Source: Dendrobates tinctorius (lineage: Eukaryota). From it: DNA of 64,000 nt. The translations under genes and the position numbers were made by a program. The DNA lies in contig NW_027361677.1 in the NCBI RefSeq assembly GCF_039654945.1, positions 18,290,001 through 18,354,000 of the forward strand, read 5' to 3'. Shown here piece after piece: positions 63,980 to 64,000 of this stretch; within the stretch, counting starts at the first letter, position 1, and each line of letters begins with the position of its first letter. The notes below the pieces were generated by a model, which saw only the letters and a list, made by a program, of their open reading frames with translations, ran no database searches and was not told the origin of the DNA.

Positions 63980-64000
63980 ATCGATGCAGTTATGCAAAAT

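Overview
Vertebrate genomic DNA, by inference a frog (TE repertoire and repeat families look anuran). It contains three intron-containing genes, all on the minus strand: NAE1 exons 1-13 (5664 down to 354, continuing off the left edge), a complete three-exon SNAI3 (41114-32671, 269 aa, apparently only four zinc fingers) and RNF166 exons 2-6 (61163-50642; exon 1 lies beyond the right edge). Exon calls rest on manual translation, GT-AG boundaries and consistent phases. Between NAE1 and SNAI3 is a TE-dense block. Its core (13571-28402) is a fold-back of an 81/86-bp tandem repeat with arms in opposite orientation. That fold-back has been split by a TA-flanked MITE, a full-length ~8.9-kb Tx1-clade LINE and a CR1 that itself hosts a hAT element. 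The LINE sits at a defined position in the repeat unit and has a very long ORF1, an ATGA ORF1/ORF2 overlap and a structured 5' leader. Also present are two decayed Tc1 transposons, a full-length DIRS1 retroelement in RNF166 intron 2, a Penelope-type hammerhead-like motif, many MITEs, several minisatellites and one assembly gap. Most long ORFs in the supplied track that are not TE-derived are repeat artefacts. The best candidate for an undescribed system is the Tx1 element plus fold-back satellite host/parasite pair. No database searches could be run.
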